UHGV virus genome: UHGV-0182401
DNA: 40,878 nt
Direction: 5' to 3' (one strand)
Source: a virus
A program made the position numbers and the translations under genes. Positions within the stretch are counted from its first letter, which is position 1. Every line of letters begins with the position of its first letter. This document shows positions 8,080-18,623 of this stretch, in pieces. The notes under the pieces were generated by a model. The model was not told the DNA's origin. It worked only from the letters and a program-made list of their open reading frames with translations, and searched no databases.

Positions 8080-8599
8080 CGAGCAGTATTTCGCGAAGTA
8101 TCAGCAGCTTGCCGACACCGAAACAGGCAGAGCCTTAACGCAATCCCGTATTGAGCTGGTGGCGCGCCATTTTCACGGTCCTGTTCTCGACGTTGGTATC
8201 GGTGCCGGTCAGTTCGTCTCTACCCGACCGGGAACGCTTGGGTATGACATTAATCCGGCTGGTATCGCCTGGCTGAACGAGCGGGGCGCATTCGCTGACC
8301 TCTACGCCAGTCAGTGGCGCGCGCTGACGATGTGGGATGTCCTGGAGCACATCGACGAGCCGGAGCTGGCGGTACAGCAGGCTACAGAGTTTGTTTTCGT
8401 GTCGATCCCCATTTTTACCGATGCCGGAGACATTCTTCGCTCGCACCATTTCAGGAAGAACGAGCACATCTGGTATTTCACTGACGACGGTATTAAGCGC
8501 TGGTTTGCAGAGCAGGGCTTCGAATGCGCTGAACAGAACACAATCGAATGCCAGTTAGGGCGTAAGGGCGTCGCTTCGTACGCTTTCCGCCGCGTTTAG
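7985..8599 (+). CDS. Class I SAM-dependent methyltransferase
   Basis: Motif I VLDVGIGAGQF and downstream WDVLEHIDEP typical of the Rossmann-fold methyltransferases; only in-frame ATG is at 7985, giving a 95-nt overlap with the upstream gene. Confidence 0.7.
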   Translation: MKSFYQELNSGLVFLPELGIGRYPVPASRPYDEQYFAKYQQLADTETGRALTQSRIELVARHFHGPVLDVGIGAGQFVSTRPGTLGYDINPAGIAWLNERGAFADLYASQWRALTMWDVLEHIDEPELAVQQATEFVFVSIPIFTDAGDILRSHHFRKNEHIWYFTDDGIKRWFAEQGFECAEQNTIECQLGRKGVASYAFRRV

Positions 8600-8673
8600 T
8601 CCCCTCTTAGCCCATTGCATTTGGGTTTATTCCAGTTTCGCACACATCACCCGCAAACAGGCGAGGTCAACCT

Positions 8674-8832
8674 ATGAATAGCTCTCACGGGATTTTTGAA
8701 CAAACCATGAAATGGATCGCGCTATATCTGCCGTCAGTTTACGCCGGGTTATGCGCTCTGGGCATCTCAGCGCTTATCGACATACGCGCAGGGAAGCCGA
8801 AACTCTACACCGCCACTGGCGCGCTAAATTAA
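8674..8832 (+). CDS. Small hydrophobic protein (52 aa, one predicted transmembrane helix)
   Basis: ATG with GAGGT ribosome-binding site; hydrophobic stretch WIALYLPSVYAGLCALGISALI; just upstream of the holin. Below the ORF-track cutoff. Confidence 0.4.
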   Translation: MNSSHGIFEQTMKWIALYLPSVYAGLCALGISALIDIRAGKPKLYTATGALN

Positions 8833-8863
8833 ATAGAGCAAATCCCCTTATTGTGGGTAAGAC

Positions 8864-9187
8864 ATGAAGATGCCAGAAAAACATGACCTGTTAGCCGCCA
8901 TTCTCGCGGCAAAGGAACAAGGCATCGGGGCAATCCTTGCGTTTGCAATGGCGTACCTTCGCGGCAGATATAATGGCGGTGCGTTTACAAAAACAGTAAT
9001 CGACGCAACGATGTGCGCCATTATCGCCTGGTTCATTCGTGACCTTCTCGACTTCGCCGGACTAAGTAGCAATCTCGCTTATATAACGAGCGTGTTCATC
9101 GGCTACATCGGTACTGACTCGATTGGTTCGCTTATCAAACGCTTCGCTGCTAAAAAAGCCGGAGTAGAAGATGGTGGAAATCAATAA
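8864..9187 (+). CDS. S: Holin, lambda S type
   Basis: 107 aa, essentially identical to remembered lambda S, including the MKM dual-start motif. Confidence 0.9.
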   Translation: MKMPEKHDLLAAILAAKEQGIGAILAFAMAYLRGRYNGGAFTKTVIDATMCAIIAWFIRDLLDFAGLSSNLAYITSVFIGYIGTDSIGSLIKRFAAKKAGVEDGGNQ

Positions 9188-9647
9188 TCAACGTAAGGCG
9201 TTCCTCGATATGCTGGCGTGGTCAGAGGGAACTGATAACGGACGTCAGAAAACCAGAAATCATGGTTATGACGTCATTGTAGGCGGAGAGCTATTCACTG
9301 ATTACTCTGATCACCCTCGCAAACTTGTCACGCTAAATCCGAAACTCAAATCAACAGCCGCCGGACGCTACCAGCTTCTTTCCCGTTGGTGGGATGCCTA
9401 CCGCAAGCAGCTTGGCCTGAAAGACTTCTCTCCGAAAAGCCAGGACGCTGTGGCATTGCAACAGATTAAAGAGCGTGGCGCTTTACCGATGATTGACCGC
9501 GGTGATATTCGTCAGGCAATCGACCGTTGCAGCAATATCTGGGCTTCACTGCCGGGCGCTGGTTATGGCCAGTTCGAGCATAAGGCTGACAGCCTGATTG
9601 CAAAATTCAAAGAGGCTGGCGGAACGGTCAGAGAGATTGAGGTATGA
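9171..9647 (+). CDS. R: Endolysin, lambda R type (lytic transglycosylase)
   Basis: 158 aa, near-identical to remembered lambda R. Confidence 0.9.
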   Translation: MVEINNQRKAFLDMLAWSEGTDNGRQKTRNHGYDVIVGGELFTDYSDHPRKLVTLNPKLKSTAAGRYQLLSRWWDAYRKQLGLKDFSPKSQDAVALQQIKERGALPMIDRGDIRQAIDRCSNIWASLPGAGYGQFEHKADSLIAKFKEAGGTVREIEV

Positions 9648-10081
9648 GCAGAGTCACCGCGATTATCTCCGCTCTGGTTATCTGCATCATCGTTTGCCTG
9701 TCATGGGCTGTTAATCATTACCGGGATAACGCCATCGCCTACAAAGCCCAGCGCGACAAAGCCACATCCATCATCGCTGACATGCAGAAGCGTCAACGTG
9801 ATGTAGCAGAACTTGACGCCAGATACACAAAGGAGCTTGCTGATGCTAACGCGACTATCGAAAGTCTCCGTGCTGATGTTTCTGCTGGTCGTAAGCGCCT
9901 GCAAGTCGCCGCCACCTGTGCAAAGTCAACGACCGGAGCCAGCAGCATGGGCGATGGAGAAAGCCCAAGACTTACAGCAGATGCTGAACTCAATTATTAC
10001 CGTCTCCGAAGTGGAATCGACAGGATAACCGCGCAGGTTAACTACCTGCAGGAATACATCAGGACGCAATGCCTGAAATAA
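9644..10081 (+). CDS. Rz: Rz spanin (inner-membrane subunit)
   Basis: N-terminal transmembrane segment and strong match to lambda Rz in the first 40 residues. Confidence 0.85.
   Translation: MSRVTAIISALVICIIVCLSWAVNHYRDNAIAYKAQRDKATSIIADMQKRQRDVAELDARYTKELADANATIESLRADVSAGRKRLQVAATCAKSTTGASSMGDGESPRLTADAELNYYRLRSGIDRITAQVNYLQEYIRTQCLK
9843..10028 (+). CDS. Rz1: Rz1 spanin lipoprotein, embedded in the +1 frame of Rz
   Basis: Signal peptide [20 protein letters not shown] with lipobox VSAC and a proline-rich mature region, wholly inside Rz. Confidence 0.7.
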   Translation: MLTRLSKVSVLMFLLVVSACKSPPPVQSQRPEPAAWAMEKAQDLQQMLNSIITVSEVESTG

Positions 10082-10279
10082 TTTTTTTGCAAATCACAAA
10101 GTCAATTTAATGAGCCTCGCGATGCGGGGCTTTTTATATCTGAATTTCACAGCGCATCTCACGCGCATATTAACGAGAGCCTTTCAGTAAGCGAGCCTGA
10201 GAAATGCCGTTATAGGTGGCGACCTCTCTCGGGCGGCTTTTCTGTGAGACAGGCTCACTTTCTAAAAGGTAAAGACGCT

Positions 10280-10798
10280 ATGAATCATCAATTGGCTAAT
10301 CTCGATTTCCGGGACATGGTGGTTGTTTCTGGTGATCGCGTGATCACAACCTCCCGCAAGGTAGCAGCTTACTTCGACAAGCAGCATCACCACATCATTC
10401 AGAAAATCGAAAAGCTAGACTGTTCGGATGAATTTCTAACCAGCAACTTTTCGCGGGTTACCTATGAACACAAGGGTAATCAGTATGTTGAATATGAAAT
10501 TTCCAAAGACGGCGCGATGTACATCATCATGTCGTTTACCGGCAAAAAAGCTGCCGCCATCAAAGAGGCGTTTATCAAAGCATTTAATTGGATGCGTGAC
10601 AGGCTGATGGAGATGGCTCACTCATACCAAAGAGAGCACAACGAGTTAATGCTGGAGTTCATGAAGGAAAAGGATGTTGCCAGTATGTCAGGACGCTTGC
10701 TGAACCGCTGGGGCAGGATCAAAAAACCGCAACTCATAGCAAGAATCGAAAGGCTTGAGCAGCAGGCGCAAATATCGATCCCCGGACTGCCAAAGTGA
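10280..10798 (+). CDS. rha: Rha-family phage regulatory protein
   Basis: N-terminal region resembles the Rha domain; start chosen at MNHQLANL. Confidence 0.65.
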   Translation: MNHQLANLDFRDMVVVSGDRVITTSRKVAAYFDKQHHHIIQKIEKLDCSDEFLTSNFSRVTYEHKGNQYVEYEISKDGAMYIIMSFTGKKAAAIKEAFIKAFNWMRDRLMEMAHSYQREHNELMLEFMKEKDVASMSGRLLNRWGRIKKPQLIARIERLEQQAQISIPGLPK

Positions 10799-11150
10799 CC
10801 ATTCCAAAGCCCATCTACGGGTGGGCTTGATAATGAAACCGTGATTTACATCCCCACAATCCGGGTATGTAAAAGATAGTTCAGGCGAGAACAGATTTAA
10901 CTAAATCTGTGCACCACCAGTTACGGCAGTACCACGAAGCAACCCAAGCCAGTAAGTGGGGAAATAACACTGGCAGCCACTGAAAGATGAACCTCCAGCC
11001 TTATGGCAAAAAAGATTCTTTGTGGTGGCGGGCTGATGGAAAGACATCGGTTATTGCAGAGACCATTCAATGAGTGGTCTCGACAATGGCTTATACCCTA
11101 CACGGGATAACTTAACTGATATCCCTTTTAACGGATAAACGGAGCCAATA

Positions 11151-11648
11151 ATGGCAAAGCTCACAGACAAACAAGAGCTGTTTGCCCATCCGGATGATGT
11201 GTATGTCGGAGAGTGTGTGATTTATACCGGCTACATAAATAAGCGAGGGTATGGGCAGAAGCACATTTCACGAAAGCCGCACTACGCACATCGAATCGCA
11301 TACTGCGAAGCTAACGGAATTTCGCTAGATAGCATCAAGGACCTGGTTGTTAGGCATAAATGCGATAATCCATCATGCGTGAATCCTGACCATCTGATTA
11401 TAGGTACTGTCGCTGACAATAATCGTGACAGGTCAAGGCGAGGCAGAAACTCATACCCTGACCGTTCAGGTGAAAAGAACGGAATGGCGAAATTAAAAGA
11501 GTGCGATGTCATCTGCATTCGACGTGAATATGTCCGCGGGAGCATTGGTAGGGGGCTTAGATCCTTATCAGAGAAATATGGCGTATCGACGACCATGATT
11601 GCTGACATCGTTAATTATAGAAATTGGAGCAACGTTTCGGGGGTGTGA
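11151..11648 (+). CDS. HNH endonuclease
   Basis: HRIAY...HKCDNPSCVNPDHL HNH motif; immediately upstream of the terminase genes. Confidence 0.75.
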   Translation: MAKLTDKQELFAHPDDVYVGECVIYTGYINKRGYGQKHISRKPHYAHRIAYCEANGISLDSIKDLVVRHKCDNPSCVNPDHLIIGTVADNNRDRSRRGRNSYPDRSGEKNGMAKLKECDVICIRREYVRGSIGRGLRSLSEKYGVSTTMIADIVNYRNWSNVSGV

Positions 11649-11649
11649 T

Positions 11650-12204
11650 TTGAAACAGCTCACACCTAAGCAGGAACTGTTCTGCCGGGAATATTTAAAA
11701 GATTTAAACGCCACTCAGGCAGCTATCAGGGCGGGTTACAGCGAGAAAACTGCTCGCGCCACTGGTAGCGAGAACCTGTCAAAACCTGACATAGCAGATC
11801 GCATTGCTGAGCTAAAGGCTGAACGCAATGAAGAGGTAGGTATAGACGCTGCCTATGTATTGCGACGGCTGACTGAAATCGATCAGATGGACGTGCTTGA
11901 CATTCTGCTTGCCAATGGCGAACTGAAGCCCATTAAAGACTGGCCTAAGGTATGGCGCACAACGCTATCAGGAATGGATGTCGTCGAGATGGCATCAGCA
12001 GATAGTGCTGCTCTCCTGAAGAAAATCAAATGGCCTGATAAGGTTAAAAACCTTGAGTTGCTCGGGCGTCATGTTTCTGTTCAGGCGTTTAAAGACAATG
12101 TCAAAAATGAAGTGACTGGTGCTGACGGAGGACCAGTCAGAACAGAAATTACCAACTTAACGCCGGAGCAGGCTGCAGAAGCGTATAAAAAAATGATGGG
12201 CTAA
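11650..12204 (+). CDS. Terminase small subunit
   Basis: [28 protein letters not shown] helix-turn-helix region typical of small terminase; start ambiguous (TTG at 11650 after GGGGGTG, or TTG at 11599). Confidence 0.7.
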   Translation: MKQLTPKQELFCREYLKDLNATQAAIRAGYSEKTARATGSENLSKPDIADRIAELKAERNEEVGIDAAYVLRRLTEIDQMDVLDILLANGELKPIKDWPKVWRTTLSGMDVVEMASADSAALLKKIKWPDKVKNLELLGRHVSVQAFKDNVKNEVTGADGGPVRTEITNLTPEQAAEAYKKMMG

Positions 12205-12206
12205 GT

Positions 12207-13829
12207 ATGCCGTTACCATTTCCCTTCGATTTTAAACATCCTGATTACCAGATGGTTTTTGAATGGCGGATGGAACGCTTACAGCGCATTCGCCAGAACC
12301 CTGAAATATTGCCAGCACTAAAACAGTTTTACCGAACCAACCCGGCTCAGTTCATCATCGACTGGGGCATGACAACGGACCCGCGTAATATTGATTATGG
12401 CCTGCCGGTGACCATTCCGTTTTTACTCTTCCCTAAGCAGGAGGAGTGGATCCACTGGATTATGGAACGCTGGGGCAATCGGGAGAATGGTATTACCGAA
12501 AAATCCCGTGAAATGGGACTCAGTTGGACCGCGATCGGACTGGCCTGCTCGCTTTGTCTCTTCAACAAAGAAATGGTCATCGGCTTCGGCTCCCGTAAAG
12601 AGGAATACGTCGACAGCACCGGTGACCCGAAGGCGCTGTTCTGGAAGGCGCGAAAGTTCGTGGAAACACTGCCCATCGAGTTTCGTGGTTCGTGGGACGA
12701 GAAGAAGCATGCGCCGTATATGCGCGTTGAGTTTCCAGATACTGGCGCGGTTATCAAAGGCGAGGCTGGCGACAATATCGGACGTGGTGACCGTACCACG
12801 CTCTACCTGGTGGATGAAGCTGCATTCCTCCAGCGTCCTCTGTTGATTGATGCGGCGCTGTCGCAAACCACCCGTTGCCGTATTGACCTGAGCTCGGTTA
12901 ATGGCATGGCGAACCCGTTCGCGCAGAAGCGCCACGGCGGAAAAATACCAGTATTCACGTTCCACTGGCGAGATGACCCGCGCAAGGATGAAGAGTGGTA
13001 TCGCAGGGAGTGCGAGAAAATCGACAATCCGGTGGTGGTGGCGCAGGAACTTGACCTGAACTACAGCGCATCTGCGGAAGGCGTCCTGATCCCGTCCGAC
13101 TGGGTACAGGCTGCCGTCGACGCGCATATCAAACTTGGTATTCAGCCAACGGGCAAGCGACTGGGCGCGATGGACGTCGCCGACGAAGGCAGGGACAAAA
13201 ATTCCTTTTCCACCCGTCATGGCTTCCTCCTGGAGAATGTGCGGGAATGGTCCGGTGTGGGCAGCGACATTTATCAGTCCGTCGAGAAGGTCTTCGGTTT
13301 TTGCGAACAGGACAACCTCGAAGAGTTTCGCTTTGACGAGGACGGGCTGGGCGCTGGCGTTCGCGGCGATGCACGCGCTATCAACGAACTGCGTAACGCT
13401 GCGCGCCGACCGTCAATACTCGCCACACCGTTTCGAGGTAGTGGCGCGGTATTTGATCCGGATGATGAAGCTATTCGCGGGGACAACGGGCAAGCCGCCC
13501 GCCTGAACAAGGACTTCTTCGCTAACGCCAAGGCCCAGAGCTGGTGGCGGTTACGTAAACTTTTTCAGAATACCTGGCGCGCCGTGGTTGAAGGTATGGC
13601 TTACAACCCGGACGAAATCATCTCAATCAGCAGTAGCATGGCACTCAAAGATAAACTCATCATCGAGCTTTCGCAGCCGACCTATTCCATTAATGGTGTG
13701 GGAAAAATCGTTATTGATAAACAGCCTGACGGCACCAAGTCGCCGAACCTCGCCGACTCGGTGATGATCAGCTACGCGCCAATGAATTCAGCCCTGAACA
13801 TCTGGGAGCTGCTAGGGAGACAGGCCTGA
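12207..13829 (+). CDS. Terminase large subunit
   Basis: 540 aa directly after the small subunit; ATPase and nuclease-like regions. Confidence 0.8.
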   Translation: MPLPFPFDFKHPDYQMVFEWRMERLQRIRQNPEILPALKQFYRTNPAQFIIDWGMTTDPRNIDYGLPVTIPFLLFPKQEEWIHWIMERWGNRENGITEKSREMGLSWTAIGLACSLCLFNKEMVIGFGSRKEEYVDSTGDPKALFWKARKFVETLPIEFRGSWDEKKHAPYMRVEFPDTGAVIKGEAGDNIGRGDRTTLYLVDEAAFLQRPLLIDAALSQTTRCRIDLSSVNGMANPFAQKRHGGKIPVFTFHWRDDPRKDEEWYRRECEKIDNPVVVAQELDLNYSASAEGVLIPSDWVQAAVDAHIKLGIQPTGKRLGAMDVADEGRDKNSFSTRHGFLLENVREWSGVGSDIYQSVEKVFGFCEQDNLEEFRFDEDGLGAGVRGDARAINELRNAARRPSILATPFRGSGAVFDPDDEAIRGDNGQAARLNKDFFANAKAQSWWRLRKLFQNTWRAVVEGMAYNPDEIISISSSMALKDKLIIELSQPTYSINGVGKIVIDKQPDGTKSPNLADSVMISYAPMNSALNIWELLGRQA

Positions 13830-15295
13830 TGGCACGAAACAAGCAAGCCTCTCAGCGAACGGCGCAGGCCACCGCTGATGGCTACGAGAACTTTGTCGCC
13901 CGCGTGGGGATGCAGACGCCTAACCAGCATTCAGCATCGACCTACCGGGCGAACTTCACCAGCCGCAACCGCATGCTGGTGGAATGGTCCTATCGTTCGT
14001 CCTGGATCATCGGCGAAGCGGTCGACGCTATCCCGGATGATATGACCCGCAAAGGCATTCGCATTACTTCGGAAATTGATGCAAAAGATCGCGGCATTCT
14101 CGAATCACAACTTGATGAGTTGCAGATCTGGGATGCGCTGAACGACGTGCTGAAATGGTCTCGCCTCTACGGCGGCGCGGTCGGCTTCATCATGATCGAG
14201 GGGCAGGCACCAATGACCCCGCTGCGGCTCGAAACCATTGGAGAAGGCAAGTTTAAGGGCATTCTCCCGCTTGACCGCTGGATGATTAACCCGGTGCTGA
14301 CCCGTCGCATTAAAGAGATGGGGCCAGATCTCGGCAAACCTGAGTTTTACGACGTGGTGACCACTGCAACGGGCATCCCGGCCTGGCGCATCCATCACAG
14401 CCGCCTGATTCGCTTCGACGGGGTGACGCTACCATTCCAGCAGAAGATGACCGAAAACGAATGGGGAATGTCGGTTGTAGAGCGTATCTGGGATCGGCTT
14501 ACTGCGTTCGACAGCGCCACTGTCGGCGCGGCGCAGCTTGTCTACAAAGCGCATCTGCGTACCTACAAAGTGAAAAAACTCCGTGAGCTTATTGCGCTGG
14601 GTGGCCCCGCGTTCGAAGCGCTGCTGAAGAACATCGATCTGATTCGCCAGTTCCAGAGCAATGAAGGCATGACGCTGATGGATTCCGAAGATACTTTCGA
14701 AACCCACCAGTACAGCTTCAGTGGTCTGGATGACATTCTTTCGCAGTTCGCTGAGCAGATCAGCGGTGCCGTTGGTATCCCGCTGGTACGCCTGTTCGGT
14801 CAATCCCCGAAAGGCTTCTCTACTGGTGATGCAGACCTCGCCAACTATTACGACCGGGTGAGTTCATTGCAGGAGCGCCGCTTACGGATTCCGATGCGCC
14901 GGATACTGGACATTATGCACCGCTCGGAACTCGGTAAGCCGCTGCCGGACGATTTCACGTTTGAGTTTAACCCGCTCTGGCAAATGTCTGATGTCGATCG
15001 CTCAACGGTGGCGTTAAACACTACCAACGCAATCAGTACGGCGCTGGGTGATGGTCTGATGACACTGAAAGCCGCTATGACCGATTTGCGCGAAAATTCT
15101 GACGTAACCGGCATCGGGGCATCCATTACCGACGAGGACATAGAGAATGCCGAAGACGAAGCGCCGCCAGGCATCGGCGAACTTGGCGACAAACCGCCAG
15201 AGTCGCCAGGCGGAGATCCGATATCGAACGAGCCTACGGCAGATAGCGCGGGCGGTCGGGGATATCGTAAATGGGCGCTACGATGGTTCAAATGA
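13829..15295 (+). CDS. Portal protein
   Basis: 488 aa following the large terminase with ATGA start overlap; size and position. Confidence 0.75.
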   Translation: MARNKQASQRTAQATADGYENFVARVGMQTPNQHSASTYRANFTSRNRMLVEWSYRSSWIIGEAVDAIPDDMTRKGIRITSEIDAKDRGILESQLDELQIWDALNDVLKWSRLYGGAVGFIMIEGQAPMTPLRLETIGEGKFKGILPLDRWMINPVLTRRIKEMGPDLGKPEFYDVVTTATGIPAWRIHHSRLIRFDGVTLPFQQKMTENEWGMSVVERIWDRLTAFDSATVGAAQLVYKAHLRTYKVKKLRELIALGGPAFEALLKNIDLIRQFQSNEGMTLMDSEDTFETHQYSFSGLDDILSQFAEQISGAVGIPLVRLFGQSPKGFSTGDADLANYYDRVSSLQERRLRIPMRRILDIMHRSELGKPLPDDFTFEFNPLWQMSDVDRSTVALNTTNAISTALGDGLMTLKAAMTDLRENSDVTGIGASITDEDIENAEDEAPPGIGELGDKPPESPGGDPISNEPTADSAGGRGYRKWALRWFK

Positions 15296-15920
15296 TAGCG
15301 TTACCGAAATAATGGATGCGCTGGAGCGCTACAGCGAAATCATCACCCCCTGGGCGACTAAGGTTGCTGAGAGCTTCACCGCCGACATTGCGCGCCAGAA
15401 TGAAAAGCAGTGGCGTCAACACAGCCGGAACATCAGCGCAGAGCTGCGCAACATGGTTGACCGCGCCCCGGTAGGCCAGGTGATGAAATCCATCGTCGCC
15501 GAGCAAATTAAGTACATCAAATCTCTGCCTCTTGAGGCCGCCGATCGGGTGTATGACATTCAGAACAAGGCCATCGAGGCCGTTGTGTCTGGTGGCCGCG
15601 CTGAACCATTCGCGAAAGAGATAGCAGCGTCCGGTGACGTGTCACGCTCACGAGCGAACCTTATCGCCCGGACTGAGCTTGGGCGCGCAACCGGCGCGCT
15701 CGATCAGGCGCGTGCGCTGTCAATCGGCTCGAATGGTTATATCTGGCGTACAGCCGAAGATGGCGACGTCCGGCATTCTCATCGAGAGATGGAAGGGAAG
15801 TTTGTCGAATGGGGCCGACCTCCAACGCTTGACGGCATGACCGGTCACGCTGGCGAGCTCCCGAACTGCCGCTGTTACAAAGAAATCGTCTTCCCCAACC
15901 CTCATTCTTATCTCGCCTGA
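15147..15920 (+). CDS. Head morphogenesis protein (Mu F-like)
   Basis: C-terminal TAEDGDVRHSHREMEG...NCRCY motif characteristic of the Mu F family; start uncertain because of the overlap with portal. Confidence 0.7.
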   Translation: MPKTKRRQASANLATNRQSRQAEIRYRTSLRQIARAVGDIVNGRYDGSNDSVTEIMDALERYSEIITPWATKVAESFTADIARQNEKQWRQHSRNISAELRNMVDRAPVGQVMKSIVAEQIKYIKSLPLEAADRVYDIQNKAIEAVVSGGRAEPFAKEIAASGDVSRSRANLIARTELGRATGALDQARALSIGSNGYIWRTAEDGDVRHSHREMEGKFVEWGRPPTLDGMTGHAGELPNCRCYKEIVFPNPHSYLA

Positions 15921-15934
15921 ATCGCAGGTAAACC

Positions 15935-17155
15935 ATGAAATATTTTTTCAATACCCGGCTGGGGGAAACCCGCTATCAGCTGGCTGACGGCTCGTTGCTG
16001 TGCAAAGACGTGCCGATAGGACGAACAGGTAAGCAGCTCTATGGTGCTGATGACCTGCCAAAACTGAAACCCGATAAGTTCGGTGAAATAGTCGTCACGC
16101 GTTCTCCTGAGCAGGTATTCCATCCCGCCACGCTTGCCTCATTCGAAGGAATGAGTATCACGGTGTTGCATCCCGAGGATGAAAACGGGGATGTGCGGCT
16201 GGTCAACCCCGAGAACTGGAAAGAGCTTGCGGTCGGGCATCTTCAGAACGTTCGGCGCGGGACTGGTGATCAGTCTGATTTGATGCTGGCTGACCTTATC
16301 GTCAAAGACGAAAGCGCCATTCAGCTTATCGAAGATGGCCTGCGTGAAGTGTCGTGTGGCTATGACGCGGAGTACGAGCAGACCGAGCCAGGTAAAGCCG
16401 AGCAGGTCGATATTACCGGAAACCATGTGGCTCTTGTCCCTAAAGGCAGAGCCGGAAATCGTTGTGCAATTGGAGACAGAGACACAATGGCAAATCAAAA
16501 GAAAAGCTGGTGGACCCGCATGCGCACGGCCATCAAAACGGGTGACGCTGACACCATGAACGAACTGCTGGACTCTGCGCCAGCGGCGGTAACGGGTGAC
16601 GAAGGGGATCTGCCGAGCGGCGTTAACCTCAACATTAACCTTTCACCGCAGCAACCATTGCCGGACAAAAAGCCGGAAATGGGCGGAGAGCCAACCGGCG
16701 ACGGCGAGGACGATATCAAAACCTTGCTTAAAGCCCTGCTGGCTAAGCTGGAAGGAAATGCGACGGGCGATAACGACAATAAGCCTGACGATAATCCGAC
16801 CGGTGACGGCGAGGACGATGAAGAGGAAACCACGATTACTGGTGACTCAGCCTGGCGTGCCGAAGTTATCGTTCCGGGTATCGATCTGAGCCGTAAGATG
16901 AAACCGACCGCGTTCAAACGCGAGGTTCTGGCTTCCGCTGACAAAACGCTGGTTCGCCAGATAGTCGGCGATGCGGATATCCGCAAATTGCCGAAACAAT
17001 CGGTCAACATGGCGTTTAATGCCGTGTCAGAGATTGCCAAAGGGCGAAACACCCGCAGCACCACGGGCGATGCACAACGTCCAAATATGGGCATGACCAG
17101 CATCGCTTCCCTGAACAAACAAAACGCCGACTTCTGGTCTAACCGCAAAGGATAA
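15935..17155 (+). CDS. Putative scaffolding/prohead protein
   Basis: 406 aa with an acidic low-complexity central region; position between head morphogenesis and capsid genes. Confidence 0.45.
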   Translation: MKYFFNTRLGETRYQLADGSLLCKDVPIGRTGKQLYGADDLPKLKPDKFGEIVVTRSPEQVFHPATLASFEGMSITVLHPEDENGDVRLVNPENWKELAVGHLQNVRRGTGDQSDLMLADLIVKDESAIQLIEDGLREVSCGYDAEYEQTEPGKAEQVDITGNHVALVPKGRAGNRCAIGDRDTMANQKKSWWTRMRTAIKTGDADTMNELLDSAPAAVTGDEGDLPSGVNLNINLSPQQPLPDKKPEMGGEPTGDGEDDIKTLLKALLAKLEGNATGDNDNKPDDNPTGDGEDDEEETTITGDSAWRAEVIVPGIDLSRKMKPTAFKREVLASADKTLVRQIVGDADIRKLPKQSVNMAFNAVSEIAKGRNTRSTTGDAQRPNMGMTSIASLNKQNADFWSNRKG

Positions 17156-17159
17156 TCCA

Positions 17160-17663
17160 ATGACTGCATATCTGTACCGGATGCCTGTTGGCATTGCCGG
17201 GGCTATCTCTCGCCCGCAGGACTTAACCGTCGAACCGGTGGTCCTTAAATCCGATAACGCCTTTGCTGCCTATGGGCTGGCTGGTAAATACGATGATGAC
17301 GGTTTTTTCGTGCCGCTGGAGGACGGTGACACCGCCGACAAGGTGAAGGGGATCTACGTTCGTCCGTATCCGACCACATCGCAGCCAGACATGGTTCGCC
17401 AGGTGGGGACGGATAAGAATTTCCCGGGCGACGCCATGAAACGTGGCTACATGACCGTTAACCTTGGATCTGGCTTCGATGCCAGCACCATCAAAAAAGG
17501 TGATCCTGTCTACGTGGTCGTTTCGCTCGATTCAACCATTGACGTGCCGCTGGGCGGCTTCATGTCCACGTCCGTCAGTGGCAAAAACGTGGCGCTGACC
17601 AACGCCGAATTCACAGGGGCCGGTGACGCTAACGGCAATGCAGAAATCTCCTGGAAGATTTAA
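17160..17663 (+). CDS. Head structural protein
   Basis: 167 aa immediately upstream of the major capsid gene. Confidence 0.45.
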   Translation: MTAYLYRMPVGIAGAISRPQDLTVEPVVLKSDNAFAAYGLAGKYDDDGFFVPLEDGDTADKVKGIYVRPYPTTSQPDMVRQVGTDKNFPGDAMKRGYMTVNLGSGFDASTIKKGDPVYVVVSLDSTIDVPLGGFMSTSVSGKNVALTNAEFTGAGDANGNAEISWKI

Positions 17664-17674
17664 GGAACAGACGA

Positions 17675-18616
17675 ATGATTACTTTTGATCAGGCAACAGT
17701 TGATAGCTCTGGTGCCTTTCTCATCGGGGAGCTGGAGCGACTCGACCAGACGCTGAACCTGCCACTGGTGGGGTACACCTGGACCCGCGATATCCAACTG
17801 CGTGAAGATGTCTCCATCGCAGATGACATTTCCAGCTGGACGAATACCAGCTTCGCCGCTGCGGGTACTGGCGCAAATCCGAATGGCAAAAACTGGGTAG
17901 GCAAAGACTCAACCGCTATTGCTGGCGTAAACGTGGATATCGGCAAATCCGGTAACCCGCTGAATCTCTGGGGCATGGAACTGGGCTGGACCGTTGTAGA
18001 GCTGGCAGCAGCTCAGCAGGTAGGTCGCCCGATTGACACCCAGAAGTACGACGGGATGCAGCTCAAATGGCAGATGGACAACGACGAGCAGGTGTATGTT
18101 GGCGATTCCGCATTAAACCTGAAAGGCCTTGTTACCCTGAACGGTGTTCCTGTCAACAACGCTGCCAAAACGTGGGCAACCTCAACACCGGACGAAATCC
18201 GCGCAAGCATTAACCAGGTGCTGTCTGATGCGTGGGCCGCTTCTGGTTACTCTGTGGTTCCGCGTGATTTGCTGATCCCGCCAGAGCAGTTTGCTCTGTT
18301 GTCCAGCATCATCGTTTCATCTGCGGGTAACCAGTCCCTGTTGACGTACCTTCAGACCAACACCATCAGCTATCACCAGAACGGTGTTCCGCTGAATATC
18401 CGCGCGGTTAAATGGCTGAAAGGCCGTGGTGTGGGGAATAAGGATCGCATGGTTGCGTACACCAACGATAAAAAATACGTCCGCTATCCGCTGGTGCCGT
18501 TGCAGAGCGTTCCTATCCAGTATCGCGGTCTGTATCAGATTGCGACCTACTACGGCAAGCTCGGTGCGGTTGAGCCAGTGTACAAAGAAACCATTTCGTA
18601 CGTTGATGGCATTTAA
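17675..18616 (+). CDS. Major capsid protein
   Basis: 313 aa in the capsid position, followed by a strong GC hairpin. Confidence 0.7.
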   Translation: MITFDQATVDSSGAFLIGELERLDQTLNLPLVGYTWTRDIQLREDVSIADDISSWTNTSFAAAGTGANPNGKNWVGKDSTAIAGVNVDIGKSGNPLNLWGMELGWTVVELAAAQQVGRPIDTQKYDGMQLKWQMDNDEQVYVGDSALNLKGLVTLNGVPVNNAAKTWATSTPDEIRASINQVLSDAWAASGYSVVPRDLLIPPEQFALLSSIIVSSAGNQSLLTYLQTNTISYHQNGVPLNIRAVKWLKGRGVGNKDRMVAYTNDKKYVRYPLVPLQSVPIQYRGLYQIATYYGKLGAVEPVYKETISYVDGI

Positions 18617-18623
18617 CAGCCAT

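Noticed and set aside
12423-13220. 265-aa minus-strand ORF inside the large terminase gene (and similar long antisense ORFs at 16495-17169, 23391-23891, 32791-33333)
   Set aside because: All lie antisense to genes with clear identity or context, lack ribosome-binding sites, and have low-complexity composition.
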